IMG/VR virus record: IMGVR_UViG_3300006930_000001
Span: 1 to 64,000 of that record
Reading direction: 5' to 3' (one strand)
Length of the DNA stretch: 64,000 nucleotides
DNA from: a virus
Lineage: Duplodnaviria; Caudoviricetes
The translations under genes and the position numbers were made by a program. Each line of letters opens with the position of its first letter. The first letter of the stretch is position 1. The notes beneath the pieces are model-generated. The model saw nothing but the letters and a program-made list of their open reading frames with translations. It did not search any database and was not told the origin of the DNA. Below are positions 48,971-57,972 of this stretch, one piece after another.

Positions 48971-49159
48971 TCATAATTGTTCCTCAATGCATAGGATATT
49001 TGCCTGGATACCGGCATATTCTATGTCAATAATTCGGTATTTTTTGTTTCCATTCACAACACATTCACCGATCCTTGGAAAAAATAGTGGATCTCTTACG
49101 ACACAAATTGTCTCAATTCGTTTATTTTCTTCCACCAGTTCATAATTGACGATTCGCAT
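48971..49159 (-). CDS. Hypothetical protein
   Basis: FPRIGECVVNGNKKYRIIDIEY, SH3-like pattern. Confidence 0.55.
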   Translation of the reverse strand: MRIVNYELVEENKRIETICVVRDPLFFPRIGECVVNGNKKYRIIDIEYAGIQANILCIEEQL

Positions 49160-49188
49160 GATTTTCTCACAGTAATTTTATTGGTAAA

Positions 49189-49389
49189 TCATTCATAATC
49201 CTCTGGATTATAATCTGGTGATCTGAGTATATGTTCTCCCCGGAGTTCGGTTTCTTCATCAACAAATATCAGGTTTAATGCAACCAATTTGATATTTTCT
49301 GGCTTCAATGCAAGCGTAGATGCCATACCTTTCTTGTAAGCATCAACCAGTTCTTGTAGTTCTGAAAAATTGAGTTTAAGTTCTTTCAT
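49189..49389 (-). CDS. Hypothetical protein
   Basis: 66-aa ORF in operon context. Confidence 0.5.
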   Translation of the reverse strand: MKELKLNFSELQELVDAYKKGMASTLALKPENIKLVALNLIFVDEETELRGEHILRSPDYNPEDYE

Positions 49390-49488
49390 ACAATTTCCTC
49401 GTCATGTTCAAGTTTAAATTCTCCGGAGTCTCCTGCGATTTGAGTAGATTTATTAGTCTTTCCTTGAAGCATCTCACTTATTCTGGGG

Positions 49489-49818
49489 TCATATAATCCC
49501 ATTATCAACGAAATTGCTGCATTTGTTGTGATCATCACGATATTTCACTTCCATTAATCCCCAGGGTTCATACATACGACACAAATGAATAAATGGACAT
49601 CCTGTGCCTGGACACCTATAAAATCTTACTCGATCAGAAGGTTCGTGTGCTTTGGTTGGTCCATGTAGATTGTTGCAATTGTTTGTTTCGGTTCTTCGCT
49701 CTCGTCCAGTTAAGGACTTGTAGGCCATTGCATACTTTGGATAAAGAGGGTGGGATTCACCCAATGCATCCATGATGTCTACAATATCAGATAGGTTTAT
49801 TTTGATTTCAAATTCCAT
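49489..49818 (-). CDS. Hypothetical Cys-containing protein
   Basis: CPGTGCPFIHLCRMY...KCSNF. Confidence 0.55.
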   Translation of the reverse strand: MEFEIKINLSDIVDIMDALGESHPLYPKYAMAYKSLTGRERRTETNNCNNLHGPTKAHEPSDRVRFYRCPGTGCPFIHLCRMYEPWGLMEVKYRDDHNKCSNFVDNGII

Positions 49819-50087
49819 TATACCAGATCCAATAATGAAAGGAGTTCAGATTCGGTCTCTCTATTGCCATAGAGACGATGATGTGTTGCTCTTTTTTGCA
49901 GAACTTCTTTTAGTTTGGCCATTGGATCATCTGGCAATGGACAATCATCTGGCAATGTTCCTTCAAATTCTCCTTCGAGATATTTATTGATGTCAGTGTT
50001 TTCTTTTTCGGGATGCTGACAATCTCCCCATGTTTTATCCGCGAAATGACAATCATTACAATTGTCTATTTTCAATATTTTGGTCAT
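49818..50087 (-). CDS. Cys-rich protein
   Basis: Start preferred at MTKILKIDNCNDCHF; GDCQHP...LPDDCPL. Confidence 0.55.
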   Translation of the reverse strand: MTKILKIDNCNDCHFADKTWGDCQHPEKENTDINKYLEGEFEGTLPDDCPLPDDPMAKLKEVLQKRATHHRLYGNRETESELLSLLDLV

Positions 50088-50566
50088 TTTATCCCGCCAC
50101 GGAGTTTGTCGATGGCATACTTCATGCATTCGGCAATAAGTTGCTGATCCACGGTCCTGGTGAATTCTCTACCAAATGTCTTGAGATGTTCGGCTACAAC
50201 TTCACCAACAACCTTGTTATACATACCTTTTTCATTGTCATACCTTGATTCTTTCCACACCAATGCGCTTTCGATGTCTTTGACGATCAGTTTCCTTACA
50301 GTGGTTTCCTCTCCACGACTGCCCCATTTATCGACATGAATGAATGGTTTGTCAAGGAGATCTTCCATAATCGTTTCAAGCGTCTTGGATACAATCGCTG
50401 GTATCTGTGTATTCAATTCTGCATCAAATTTCTCTTTTACCAGTTTAACAACCACTGCTTCTGCTTTTGCAATGATTGCTGCCTCAACACGTTCTGCCAC
50501 ACCGATAGAGATGCATTCTCCATCATCGTTCTGAAAAATTTCAGATAAATCAATCTCTACTTTCAT
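50084..50566 (-). CDS. Helical hypothetical protein
   Basis: 160 aa; KPFIHVDKWGS; overlapping start/stop. Confidence 0.6.
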   Translation of the reverse strand: MKVEIDLSEIFQNDDGECISIGVAERVEAAIIAKAEAVVVKLVKEKFDAELNTQIPAIVSKTLETIMEDLLDKPFIHVDKWGSRGEETTVRKLIVKDIESALVWKESRYDNEKGMYNKVVGEVVAEHLKTFGREFTRTVDQQLIAECMKYAIDKLRGGIK

Positions 50567-50744
50567 TGCGATTCTCCTTGTTTAGTTTCCTACGGCATTC
50601 TTTGCATTCGTCACGTTTTTCTGTGGTATCTTGGTCATATGCTTCAGGATTCTTGCCAAAGTATCCCCATTTTCCACAGAGAGATCGTCCATCTTCAATC
50701 CAATGGAACTTTTTGGCATTGAGAAGTTTTACCCATCCCCTCAT
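50550..50744 (-). CDS. Small Zn-finger-like protein
   Basis: FHWIEDGRSLCGKW...CKECRRKL. Confidence 0.55.
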   Translation of the reverse strand: MRGWVKLLNAKKFHWIEDGRSLCGKWGYFGKNPEAYDQDTTEKRDECKECRRKLNKENRNESRD

Positions 50745-51169
50745 CTGATCATTTCCTCGACATTTTCAAGTGCATATAATGCAGGAAATGCACTAACAGA
50801 AAGATATTCCTCTTTCATTCGTTTGATGTAATCCCTGACTTCCTGGATCGGTTTCCTGATGTCCCAGGCTGCCCATGCTTCTGCTTCGGTTGGGTAATGA
50901 TGCGTTCTCATGTTTACCGGACACAATTCAACTTTATGCCTGTTTTCGCACTGTATTCTGTATCCACGGTCAACATAATACTCTGATACTGGATTTCCTC
51001 CGCAGAACGGACAGAGTTCATGAATACAGCGATCTTCGAGTTGTCTCTCGGTTCTGCCGCATAATTTGCATACACCGAGGCCCCATTCACCAACAACTTC
51101 CTGTAGGTCTTCTGGAAGGTCAGGATCGTCTGGTTTCCAGCAAATATGAGCAGGATTGAATTCTTTCAT
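50741..51169 (-). CDS. Lar (restriction alleviation)-like Zn-finger protein
   Basis: LCPFCGGNP...IQCE...TEAEAWAAWD; extra CKLCG...CIH finger. Confidence 0.6.
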   Translation of the reverse strand: MKEFNPAHICWKPDDPDLPEDLQEVVGEWGLGVCKLCGRTERQLEDRCIHELCPFCGGNPVSEYYVDRGYRIQCENRHKVELCPVNMRTHHYPTEAEAWAAWDIRKPIQEVRDYIKRMKEEYLSVSAFPALYALENVEEMIR

Positions 51170-51516
51170 TATTTCACCAGGATTGCTTGATACATGCCGC
51201 AGAAGTCATATTGCTCGCTGTTTACGAATCCACATGATGTAGAACTGATTCTATATCCTTCTGCAAGCAGTTTGTTCATCTGTGCTTTGTATTTGTCAGG
51301 ATCCGAAGTCTCTACCACTTCTATGATGGTATCGCTATTATTTGTTCGATCAATTGCATCATCATACATTTTTACTGCAGCATCGAGTGAATGGGTTTCT
51401 GGTCCTCTAAAATGGCATACAGGACAAAATACAAAATATACTTTTCCAATTCCATGTTCGAATGCAGATCCTGTTTGTAATTGTGCATTACAAAAGGGGC
51501 ATTGGTCGTTTTTCAT
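51169..51516 (-). CDS. Lar-like Zn-finger protein with C-terminal extension
   Basis: CPFCN...VFCPVCHFRGPETHSLDAAVKMYD. Confidence 0.6.
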   Translation of the reverse strand: MKNDQCPFCNAQLQTGSAFEHGIGKVYFVFCPVCHFRGPETHSLDAAVKMYDDAIDRTNNSDTIIEVVETSDPDKYKAQMNKLLAEGYRISSTSCGFVNSEQYDFCGMYQAILVK

Positions 51517-51632
51517 GGTTCCTCGTAATCAGGGCATTGATCTTTATGTTCATCCGGTTCATATGGACAATAAAAACCCAATACACACCATCCTTTGGCA
51601 TCTTCATTGTCATAATATCTGCAAGTTTTCAT
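51513..51632 (-). CDS. 39-aa Cys-rich peptide
   Basis: Hand-translated MKTCRYYDNEDAKGWCVLGFYCPYEPDEHKDQCPDYEEP; overlaps both neighbours by 4 nt. Confidence 0.5.
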   Translation of the reverse strand: MKTCRYYDNEDAKGWCVLGFYCPYEPDEHKDQCPDYEEP

Positions 51633-51853
51633 GGATATTTCTCCAGGGAGAGATTTGATCCATAGAACACAACTTTCCCGGTCATGTTCTCCGCGATCAT
51701 CTGTTTGCCACCAAACTCATACAGAACCGTCACGTTGCCTTCGAAGGTCACATTGATGTGATTGTTCGACTCCCGATCCATTACGTAAACGTGACCGGCG
51801 ATAGCCGGGCTTGCTACAAGTCCTAACAGCATCAGGACCAATATCATCTTCAT
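51629..51853 (-). CDS. Small secreted protein
   Basis: Signal peptide MKMILVLMLLGLVASPAIA. Confidence 0.6.
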   Translation of the reverse strand: MKMILVLMLLGLVASPAIAGHVYVMDRESNNHINVTFEGNVTVLYEFGGKQMIAENMTGKVVFYGSNLSLEKYP

Positions 51854-52743
51854 ACTTCTGACTCCTGTTTTCGATCATTCATCAATTTGTATGACTCGAT
51901 CAGCCTTGAAAGTCTCGAACAGAGATCGTTGTGGGTATGGTATGATTTTTTCATCGGCTCTATTTTTCTGGCAACACCAAGAACAACTTCAAGATCTGCC
52001 ACGATTTCATTGAATGATACCGGTGTGGTCTTTCTTTTGACATACCCTGCCAGGAGATTACCGATGTCTGCTATAACTTCATCCAGGAACGTCTCACATT
52101 CCTCCATTGTTCCACGGTATACCTTGTTTTTCTCATATTGCTTGAAATTATTGAAGTATACTCCTTCAATCTTGAGAAATTCAAGGTTTGGATACGCTGG
52201 ATCGAATCCGGTTACTTTCTTTGGGTCAAATGTATACTTTGATGCCATTAGTGGGAACATTCCCAGGATGAACCTTCTGACATCAGCAATGCAGGTGTTG
52301 TTCAGTTTATCGGATGTTCTCCATGTGGTCTCGATGTATTCTGGGTATTTTTCTGATTCATCTGGCAATGGAATGATTTCTATTTCCACTGGTTCATTCA
52401 CAGTGGAATCTTTCCTGACTGCCCAGAATTTTCTACGAAGAACAATCCAGGCTATCTGATCATCCACTTCGAATTCTGGTTCTCCATCATCATCTGTTCC
52501 GGTTGCCTTGGCAAGCAATTCTTGTTCTCTCTTGGTATATTCCTCGATTGAGATGATTTCGTCTTCTGCGTTCGTGTAGTGCATAACTGGATGGATTTCC
52601 TGCACCTTTTCGATTACATCGGTGTCGGAGATGACAATGTTCTCATTTGGCACTTTTGCACCATTTACAGTGAATATTCCTTCGTAGCGTGGTATTTTCA
52701 CAGTTATGGCACCATTTGGTAGTCTGAATCCTGTCAATTTCAT
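51850..52743 (-). CDS. Hypothetical protein (297 aa)
   Basis: Long ORF, acidic central part; no motif recognised. Confidence 0.65.
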   Translation of the reverse strand: MKLTGFRLPNGAITVKIPRYEGIFTVNGAKVPNENIVISDTDVIEKVQEIHPVMHYTNAEDEIISIEEYTKREQELLAKATGTDDDGEPEFEVDDQIAWIVLRRKFWAVRKDSTVNEPVEIEIIPLPDESEKYPEYIETTWRTSDKLNNTCIADVRRFILGMFPLMASKYTFDPKKVTGFDPAYPNLEFLKIEGVYFNNFKQYEKNKVYRGTMEECETFLDEVIADIGNLLAGYVKRKTTPVSFNEIVADLEVVLGVARKIEPMKKSYHTHNDLCSRLSRLIESYKLMNDRKQESEV

Positions 52744-52922
52744 ATTATTCGTTCCTGGTGATTGTCTGCTGTGTTCTGTGTAATTGGAAAGTCAAATTTA
52801 TTATCTGCTGCGTAGTTACATACCATTGAAAGTAGTATAACCTCAAATGGTGCATTTTTAATTCTTGCAACAGTAGAAATGAAATTGTAGGCTTCTACTG
52901 GAATTTCTACCAGAACATTCAT
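52740..52922 (-). CDS. Hypothetical protein
   Basis: Start preferred at MNVLVEIP (52922), overlapping the upstream stop. Confidence 0.45.
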   Translation of the reverse strand: MNVLVEIPVEAYNFISTVARIKNAPFEVILLSMVCNYAADNKFDFPITQNTADNHQERII

Positions 52923-53068
52923 TTCAGCATCCTCATCCATTCAGGGATTAACGGAGAATAGGATCCCCCGCGTTCGTCAAAACTTTTCTTCATCTGGTAG
53001 ACTTTCCAGCCACACCAGAAGAACATCAGGAATATGATAATTCCTGCAATCAGCATTGGTTCGATCAT
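52919..53068 (-). CDS. 49-aa single-TM protein
   Basis: Hand-translated MIEPMLIAGIIIFLMFFWCGWKVYQMKKSFDERGGSYSPLIPEWMRMLK; ATGA overlaps on both sides. Confidence 0.5.
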   Translation of the reverse strand: MIEPMLIAGIIIFLMFFWCGWKVYQMKKSFDERGGSYSPLIPEWMRMLK

Positions 53069-53403
53069 TTGGTCACATCCCAGATCATCATTGCGTAATT
53101 CGCTATGTCTGCACAGGTTTTCTTGATACGTTCAGCATCTCTGGATTGGATGGCATACGTAAGTTCTGTGATGTTTCCAATCATTCTTCTATGCAGAATT
53201 TGTTTGTCTGTATCTTTCCAACCAGGTTTGTGATCGTTTGCAGACAATTCTCGTTCCATTGCGGTTATGAATTCATATACCGAAGTGCGTATGGTATAAC
53301 CAGTTCCACAGCAATCTGGACACGTTTCAAAATCTGTATGTTGGCCAGTTCCGGTAATTTCCTGAACTTCTCCTCTTCCTTCACAGGTTTTACAAATTGG
53401 CAT
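53065..53403 (-). CDS. DnaJ-type Zn finger fused to a MazG-like all-alpha NTP pyrophosphohydrolase-like domain
   Basis: CKTCEGRG...CPDCCGTG; FITAMERELSANDHKPGW...CADIANYAMMIWD. Confidence 0.6.
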   Translation of the reverse strand: MPICKTCEGRGEVQEITGTGQHTDFETCPDCCGTGYTIRTSVYEFITAMERELSANDHKPGWKDTDKQILHRRMIGNITELTYAIQSRDAERIKKTCADIANYAMMIWDVTK

Positions 53404-53630
53404 TACTGTTTCTCCCTGGGGAATGAATACCGTGGTCTGTTGTAGCAGTCGGGCATTCGTTCTTTCTTGTATCGGTGATACTCGCTTGGAGGCACATCAA
53501 TTGGTATCATGCATCTCCAGATGATCTTGGCATCCTGGAAGCACCAGCATTTTCCTGTGGTGCTGTTATTACCGTGGTTGTAGTAATTGTCATCACAACC
53601 ATTGCAGTAGTGTTTCTGGCTACGTTTCAT
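53403..53630 (-). CDS. Cys-rich small protein
   Basis: YCNGCDDNYYNHG...CWC...CY. Confidence 0.55.
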   Translation of the reverse strand: MKRSQKHYCNGCDDNYYNHGNNSTTGKCWCFQDAKIIWRCMIPIDVPPSEYHRYKKERMPDCYNRPRYSFPREKQ

Positions 53631-53829
53631 TGTTTAATTCCCCAAGCATTGTGATTGCTATATCTCTTCCCATCCTGGATAATTTCATATCCCCAAATGC
53701 ATTTTCTGCGTTATCAACATCATCTGATTCTACAGCATCGATGATACGCTGCTTTGCCTTGATATATTCATAATCCATGCTGTTCTTGACTTTGGTAAGT
53801 CTTTCTTTGATTTCTTCGATTGTTGCCAT
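53620..53829 (-). CDS. Small helical protein
   Basis: Start preferred at MATIEEIKERL (track ORF 53620-53844). Confidence 0.5.
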   Translation of the reverse strand: MATIEEIKERLTKVKNSMDYEYIKAKQRIIDAVESDDVDNAENAFGDMKLSRMGRDIAITMLGELNNET

Positions 53830-53931
53830 GTTTACCTCATGCACAGCAGTGATAACTGCACCATATCATTCTGCATAACCCTACCATGCCCCCAATTCCA
53901 ATGAAGGCCCAAAAGATTACTTCGTATCGTT

Positions 53932-54255
53932 TCATGATCTCCTCGGACAATTGATCAGTGTTGCACCTCTCCAGATAACAGGATAAAGGGATACAGGAAT
54001 TGATGTGGATGTAATACTACATTGTAAGCATCGTTCGTGTTTTGTTTTTCCGAATTGAACTGCTTTGCAATGTTCGCATTTTCCACATCCATCAACCGGA
54101 GTAAATATTTTTCCTCTCCAGATTGTCTCACCAATTTTGACGAATCTGGACCAGCATGCTCTTACGGTGACTCCCCATTTCTTTTCGGTAAATATGAAGG
54201 AATCTCCGTAATATGTGTCATGTAAGATGTCTCCATCAACATACTGTTCATACAT
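53932..54255 (-). CDS. Hypothetical Cys-containing protein
   Basis: CGKCEHC...CLQCS...NCP. Confidence 0.55.
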   Translation of the reverse strand: MYEQYVDGDILHDTYYGDSFIFTEKKWGVTVRACWSRFVKIGETIWRGKIFTPVDGCGKCEHCKAVQFGKTKHERCLQCSITSTSIPVSLYPVIWRGATLINCPRRS

Positions 54256-54466
54256 GATTTATCCTTGAATAAAGATCCCAATCCTCTGGGACCGGATGTG
54301 TTTCAAGATAGTCTTCAATTGCGCACATCATGACCAGGTTCGATTTTCCAATGATTTCCTTGATCTGTTCATCAGAATAGCATACATCCATTGTATGCCT
54401 GGCAATTTTCCAGATATTTGGAAATCGTTCTTCGCATGGTTTTTGTAATCGTTCAAGCGTGTTCAT
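54248..54466 (-). CDS. Hypothetical protein
   Basis: 72-aa ORF in operon context. Confidence 0.5.
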   Translation of the reverse strand: MNTLERLQKPCEERFPNIWKIARHTMDVCYSDEQIKEIIGKSNLVMMCAIEDYLETHPVPEDWDLYSRINHV

Positions 54467-54905
54467 ATCTCTCCCAGGTTCCGTTTGGACACTTGTTCAC
54501 GTTGATAACCATTCTTCCTGCACATTTGCCACAGAATAATCCAGTGGGTTCGTATGCCCGGTCACTGCACATCTTACAGAAGTCTGTAACGTGTTGGTTA
54601 GTTACCAGTGGCTGGTGCCTGGCAGAAATCCTGTTATGTTTGTTTACCAGTTCAAGAAGTTCTGGTAGTGTCATGTGCTTGTCACATCTGATAGGATTAA
54701 CATGCTGTTCACTACCAAACAGATGATCTTGTTCTTCTGGTGTGCAATTTTCAAGATAATCATCGTATGATACCATATGGAGATTTCCATCGACTTCGAG
54801 TAACAGGAATTCATTTCTGGCAACATGAATATGGCCATTGATGCATTCAGAATACCCACATTCAGAACATGGTCGAAGTTCTCGGAGATCTCGATCTTCG
54901 ATCAT
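54453..54905 (-). CDS. Hypothetical Cys-rich protein
   Basis: CSECGYSEC...FCKMCS...FCGKC...KCP. Confidence 0.55.
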   Translation of the reverse strand: MIEDRDLRELRPCSECGYSECINGHIHVARNEFLLLEVDGNLHMVSYDDYLENCTPEEQDHLFGSEQHVNPIRCDKHMTLPELLELVNKHNRISARHQPLVTNQHVTDFCKMCSDRAYEPTGLFCGKCAGRMVINVNKCPNGTWERYEHA

Positions 54906-55084
54906 GTATATCGTTCTACCTCTTTTTTGAGTAATACGAGTCCATCCATGATTGTCCTTGCGAGGATTGTTTTTTCCTTGGTGTCAAGCATGGGATCGCT
55001 CATAAGCAGCCTTATCCCTGCAATGGACGATTTTAATTCAGTAACAACTCGTTCATTGCATTGTTCAAAATGTTCAGTGGTCAT
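54902..55084 (-). CDS. Small helical protein
   Basis: 60 aa; overlapping start/stop. Confidence 0.5.
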   Translation of the reverse strand: MTTEHFEQCNERVVTELKSSIAGIRLLMSDPMLDTKEKTILARTIMDGLVLLKKEVERYT

Positions 55085-55290
55085 CGAATATTACCAGCCA
55101 CGATGTTACCAGAGAGTATTCCTGCTTCAAGTCCTTGGAGAGCAAGCAGTTGTCCCTCGATTACTCCACGATTGTAATCGTCCCAGGGATGTGCTGCCAT
55201 TTCAATGTTCAGGAGTCCCTTTCTGATAGCAATAAACTCCATGAGAGTGTATGCCTTGTCAGACTTGCTTGCGTCTACTGCGCACTGCAT
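55081..55290 (-). CDS. Small helical protein
   Basis: DDYNRGVIEGQLLAL; starts 5 bp after the palindromic operator. Confidence 0.55.
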   Translation of the reverse strand: MQCAVDASKSDKAYTLMEFIAIRKGLLNIEMAAHPWDDYNRGVIEGQLLALQGLEAGILSGNIVAGNIR

Positions 55291-55295
55291 AGAGT

Positions 55296-55314
55296 AGTAT
55301 TACTGCGTAATACT
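55296..55314 (-). promoter_or_regulatory. Palindromic operator/hairpin AGTATTAC-GCA-GTAATACT (minus-strand reading)
   Basis: Same 8-bp arms as 41660-41678; lies between a T-run/TTTAAG element and the ATG at 55290. Confidence 0.65.
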
Positions 55315-55326
55315 TAAAAAAGGTTA

Positions 55327-55551
55327 CTATGGTAATTTGAACGGGACCCAGAATAATTCTACAAATCCCATTGTAAGAATAAACCATATAGCACAAAATA
55401 CAATTATGAATGCGTATGTTGGTGTGTTCATTTCTTGATCAAGCCATCTCCTGAACGATTCAAGAATCATAGAGAATGGTATGAATAGCAAAAATACAAC
55501 AATCGCGCATCCAAGATACTTTACGATGAGATAAGCAAGTTCAAGGAACAT
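55327..55551 (-). CDS. Two-TM membrane protein
   Basis: Two hydrophobic helices. Confidence 0.55.
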   Translation of the reverse strand: MFLELAYLIVKYLGCAIVVFLLFIPFSMILESFRRWLDQEMNTPTYAFIIVFCAIWFILTMGFVELFWVPFKLP

Positions 55552-55955
55552 TATTCCACCATGAATTCACAGTCACGTTCGATATTTCCACCAAACTTTC
55601 CTATCACAAATCCCACGATTGTAATCCAATCAAGTGGATTAAGAATAAAACATAGGTTTTTGTCATCAATGTAGATGTCTGCACTGATTTTCCTGCAGTC
55701 GGTCTTGTAATAAATCTGTCTCTTTACACAATTTCTGTTAATATGGCAGAATTTTACATTATTGGCAATAAGCCATCGGATCATATTGGCTTCTGCCTCT
55801 CCGACTCTGCAGGAATTGATAATGATACAATGTCCTGATTTATGGAGAGCATTTACACCAGCGATTGCACCTGGCACTTCTGGACCAATTCCTGGCCAAT
55901 GTCCGTCTTCAATCAGAATCCCGTCGAAGTCTACTGCTATAATTGCCGTTCTCAA
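55551..55955 (-). CDS. HAD-superfamily phosphatase (phage type)
   Basis: IAVDFDGIL (DxD), IIINSCR, KISADIYIDDKN. Confidence 0.85.
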   Translation of the reverse strand: MRTAIIAVDFDGILIEDGHWPGIGPEVPGAIAGVNALHKSGHCIIINSCRVGEAEANMIRWLIANNVKFCHINRNCVKRQIYYKTDCRKISADIYIDDKNLCFILNPLDWITIVGFVIGKFGGNIERDCEFMVE

Positions 55956-55997
55956 TCACCTCCAGGTCAAATTCGCTGATAACATCTGCAGCGTAGT

Positions 55998-56234
55998 TTA
56001 TCTTCCAATCGCCCATGTGCCATCGATCTTTTTACGGAGAATGTCCGCAGTTCCTTTCAAATGCATGTTCATCTGAATTTCTTTTCCATTTACAACTATA
56101 ATCCCCCTTACATCGGCTTCTGCAATGAGATCGATGGTCTTTCTGTCGATAAATGTGCCTTCTGGGTTTCCAATAGCCTTATTCAATTTGTCCGCCTGTA
56201 TACGGATCACTTTTGCATGTATTTCGTCCTTCAT
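55998..56234 (-). CDS. Hypothetical protein
   Basis: C-terminal part of track ORF 55998-56366 from MKDEIHAK; overlaps the upstream gene by 56 bp. Confidence 0.35.
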   Translation of the reverse strand: MKDEIHAKVIRIQADKLNKAIGNPEGTFIDRKTIDLIAEADVRGIIVVNGKEIQMNMHLKGTADILRKKIDGTWAIGR

Positions 56235-56844
56235 TTCGATACTTCGTAATTGTGGTCCTGCTGATGCCAAGAACTTTTGCTGCCTCGGAGATCGTGCTCT
56301 CGGGATTCTCCTCAAAATATTCCATGACTTGTCTGAACTTCTCGGGATCGGTTCCCAGGGAAACATGGACCACTTCTGTTTTGGTTACTGGTTCCCCATT
56401 GTTCAATACCTCTACAATTTGTGCAGTTGGCACCTGTTCAATCACCTGTTCAGTGGACAAATCTGACCTGATGCACATCATGAACAGTTCAATACTTACA
56501 CAAAGGGTTACTGGTGCCACCGCATGTGCTGCTTGGCTGATGATATCGGGTGGACTGTGGATGATGTTGAATACCATACTGATCAAGGTGAACACAATTA
56601 GAACTGTCCATCCAACCATAGTAGACTCCATTCTAATGGACGATCTCAATATCATCAGACTACCAGAGATAAGCAGGGCATCAATACAAACAGGCCATAG
56701 CCATGATAACCAAGGAATAATACCTGCATCAAGTGCTGTTGCCTGCAGGTTAAAAAAACTAAGGAGAAATGAACAGACAGCAATGATCAGTGTTGCCACA
56801 CCGGTAAGGTTAGGGATGAACTGTTCAAACTGTTGCAGGTTCAT
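56179..56844 (-). CDS. DUF2637-like membrane protein with C-terminal HTH (paralog 2)
   Basis: LLSFFNLQATAL...WLWPVCIDALLI...SMVFNIIH...HAVAPVTLCVSIE; STISEAAKVLGISRTTITKYR HTH. Confidence 0.7.
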   Translation of the reverse strand: MNLQQFEQFIPNLTGVATLIIAVCSFLLSFFNLQATALDAGIIPWLSWLWPVCIDALLISGSLMILRSSIRMESTMVGWTVLIVFTLISMVFNIIHSPPDIISQAAHAVAPVTLCVSIELFMMCIRSDLSTEQVIEQVPTAQIVEVLNNGEPVTKTEVVHVSLGTDPEKFRQVMEYFEENPESTISEAAKVLGISRTTITKYRNEGRNTCKSDPYTGGQIE

Positions 56845-57202
56845 TCAGCCTAATCCTCTTTTCCTTCTTGTTGAAGTTGGTCTGTTTCAGGATCCCACAT
56901 TTGATGGATTCATCAACCATCTGCCGCGCCCTCTGTTGACTACAATTGGTGCAGTCTGCTACGATGAGAATACAATTGGTCCTGGTAATGTATCCAAGAT
57001 GTTCCATGTAATTCTTGATTCGCTGGTCTTCTTTGAAGATAGTAGCGATATCGTTGTAGCGTTCGGGTGCAATCGAGCGCAGGTATTTCCTCCAGCCTGT
57101 TACGAGATGTGGCATTTGATTCATCAAATAACTGACCACTTCTCTATCGAGAACGGAATTTTCCAGTGTCTCGATGACTTGTTTTGATGGAAATTCATCC
57201 AT
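56825..57202 (-). CDS. Putative winged-helix DNA-binding protein
   Basis: ITRTNCILIVADCTNCSQQRARQMVDESIKCGILKQ...IRL; ATG 57202 preferred; divergent from 57248. Confidence 0.45.
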   Translation of the reverse strand: MDEFPSKQVIETLENSVLDREVVSYLMNQMPHLVTGWRKYLRSIAPERYNDIATIFKEDQRIKNYMEHLGYITRTNCILIVADCTNCSQQRARQMVDESIKCGILKQTNFNKKEKRIRLNEPATV

Positions 57203-57247
57203 ACACATAATTGTGGATCTACAAGGTATAAATAACCAGTATTACAA

Positions 57248-57412
57248 ATGCATACTACGATGAGACTACGATGCACAGAATGTAGCGTGGGACCCTGCAC
57301 ATTGGATGTCCCAAATTGCATGGATCGAACAATGTTCATGGATTGTCCTGCAGCACATGATACCGGTATGGATTGCGGTGTAGATTGGGAAGAGATAGAT
57401 GGAATCGAATGA
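57248..57412 (+). CDS. 54-aa Cys-rich (Zn-finger-like) protein
   Basis: Hand-translated MHTTMRLRCTECSVGPCTLDVPNCMDRTMFMDCPAAHDTGMDCGVDWEEIDGIE; GGTATAAATA at 57225. Confidence 0.55.
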   Translation: MHTTMRLRCTECSVGPCTLDVPNCMDRTMFMDCPAAHDTGMDCGVDWEEIDGIE

Positions 57413-57500
57413 AGAACCCAGGCGTGAGTATCCTGTAGGACATAAACCTAAAAAGGTTGATTATGTTGAGGATGCCCCAGATGAATGGGGTGAAATATAA
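57399..57500 (+). CDS. 33-aa acidic peptide
   Basis: Hand-translated MESNEEPRREYPVGHKPKKVDYVEDAPDEWGEI. Confidence 0.3.
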   Translation: MESNEEPRREYPVGHKPKKVDYVEDAPDEWGEI

Positions 57501-57520
57501 GACCTATGTGATCCAACAGA

Positions 57521-57841
57521 ATGGTAACAACCATGACCAAAAAGACTGGATGGAGATCGATCAAAGGTAATGTGGTCAAAGTTTATGCCACGCTTACTGA
57601 AGTAAAAGTAAACCTTGATAGAACAAGATACAAGGTTAAATTGCCTGTTGACAATTCTATAACTATTTTGATACCAAATGAATCTATTTCTGTTGACCAG
57701 GGGTATCAATATGTCGAAATTGAAGTTTTTAACAGAATTGCCAAAGATGCATTGTTTAAACTTGGAGAATACCTTATCATAAAGCAAGGTGAATCACCTG
57801 CTCTTGTGAGATCCGAATTTACGGAAGTATACATAGAATGA
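57521..57841 (+). CDS. Hypothetical beta-rich protein
   Basis: 106-aa ORF in operon context. Confidence 0.55.
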   Translation: MVTTMTKKTGWRSIKGNVVKVYATLTEVKVNLDRTRYKVKLPVDNSITILIPNESISVDQGYQYVEIEVFNRIAKDALFKLGEYLIIKQGESPALVRSEFTEVYIE

Positions 57842-57972
57842 TATGCCAGTGGTTGAGTAATTCTGGTGAATGCAATCTATTTTCAAAACAGGATAAGGAA
57901 GATCCATTGCTTGAAAAACTTGATTGTGATAAGAATGGTATATGTAAAAAAGGAGATATAGAATGTATTTAG
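57838..57972 (+). CDS. 44-aa Cys-rich peptide
   Basis: Hand-translated MICQWLSNSGECNLFSKQDKEDPLLEKLDCDKNGICKKGDIECI; ATGA overlap. Confidence 0.45.
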   Translation: MICQWLSNSGECNLFSKQDKEDPLLEKLDCDKNGICKKGDIECI

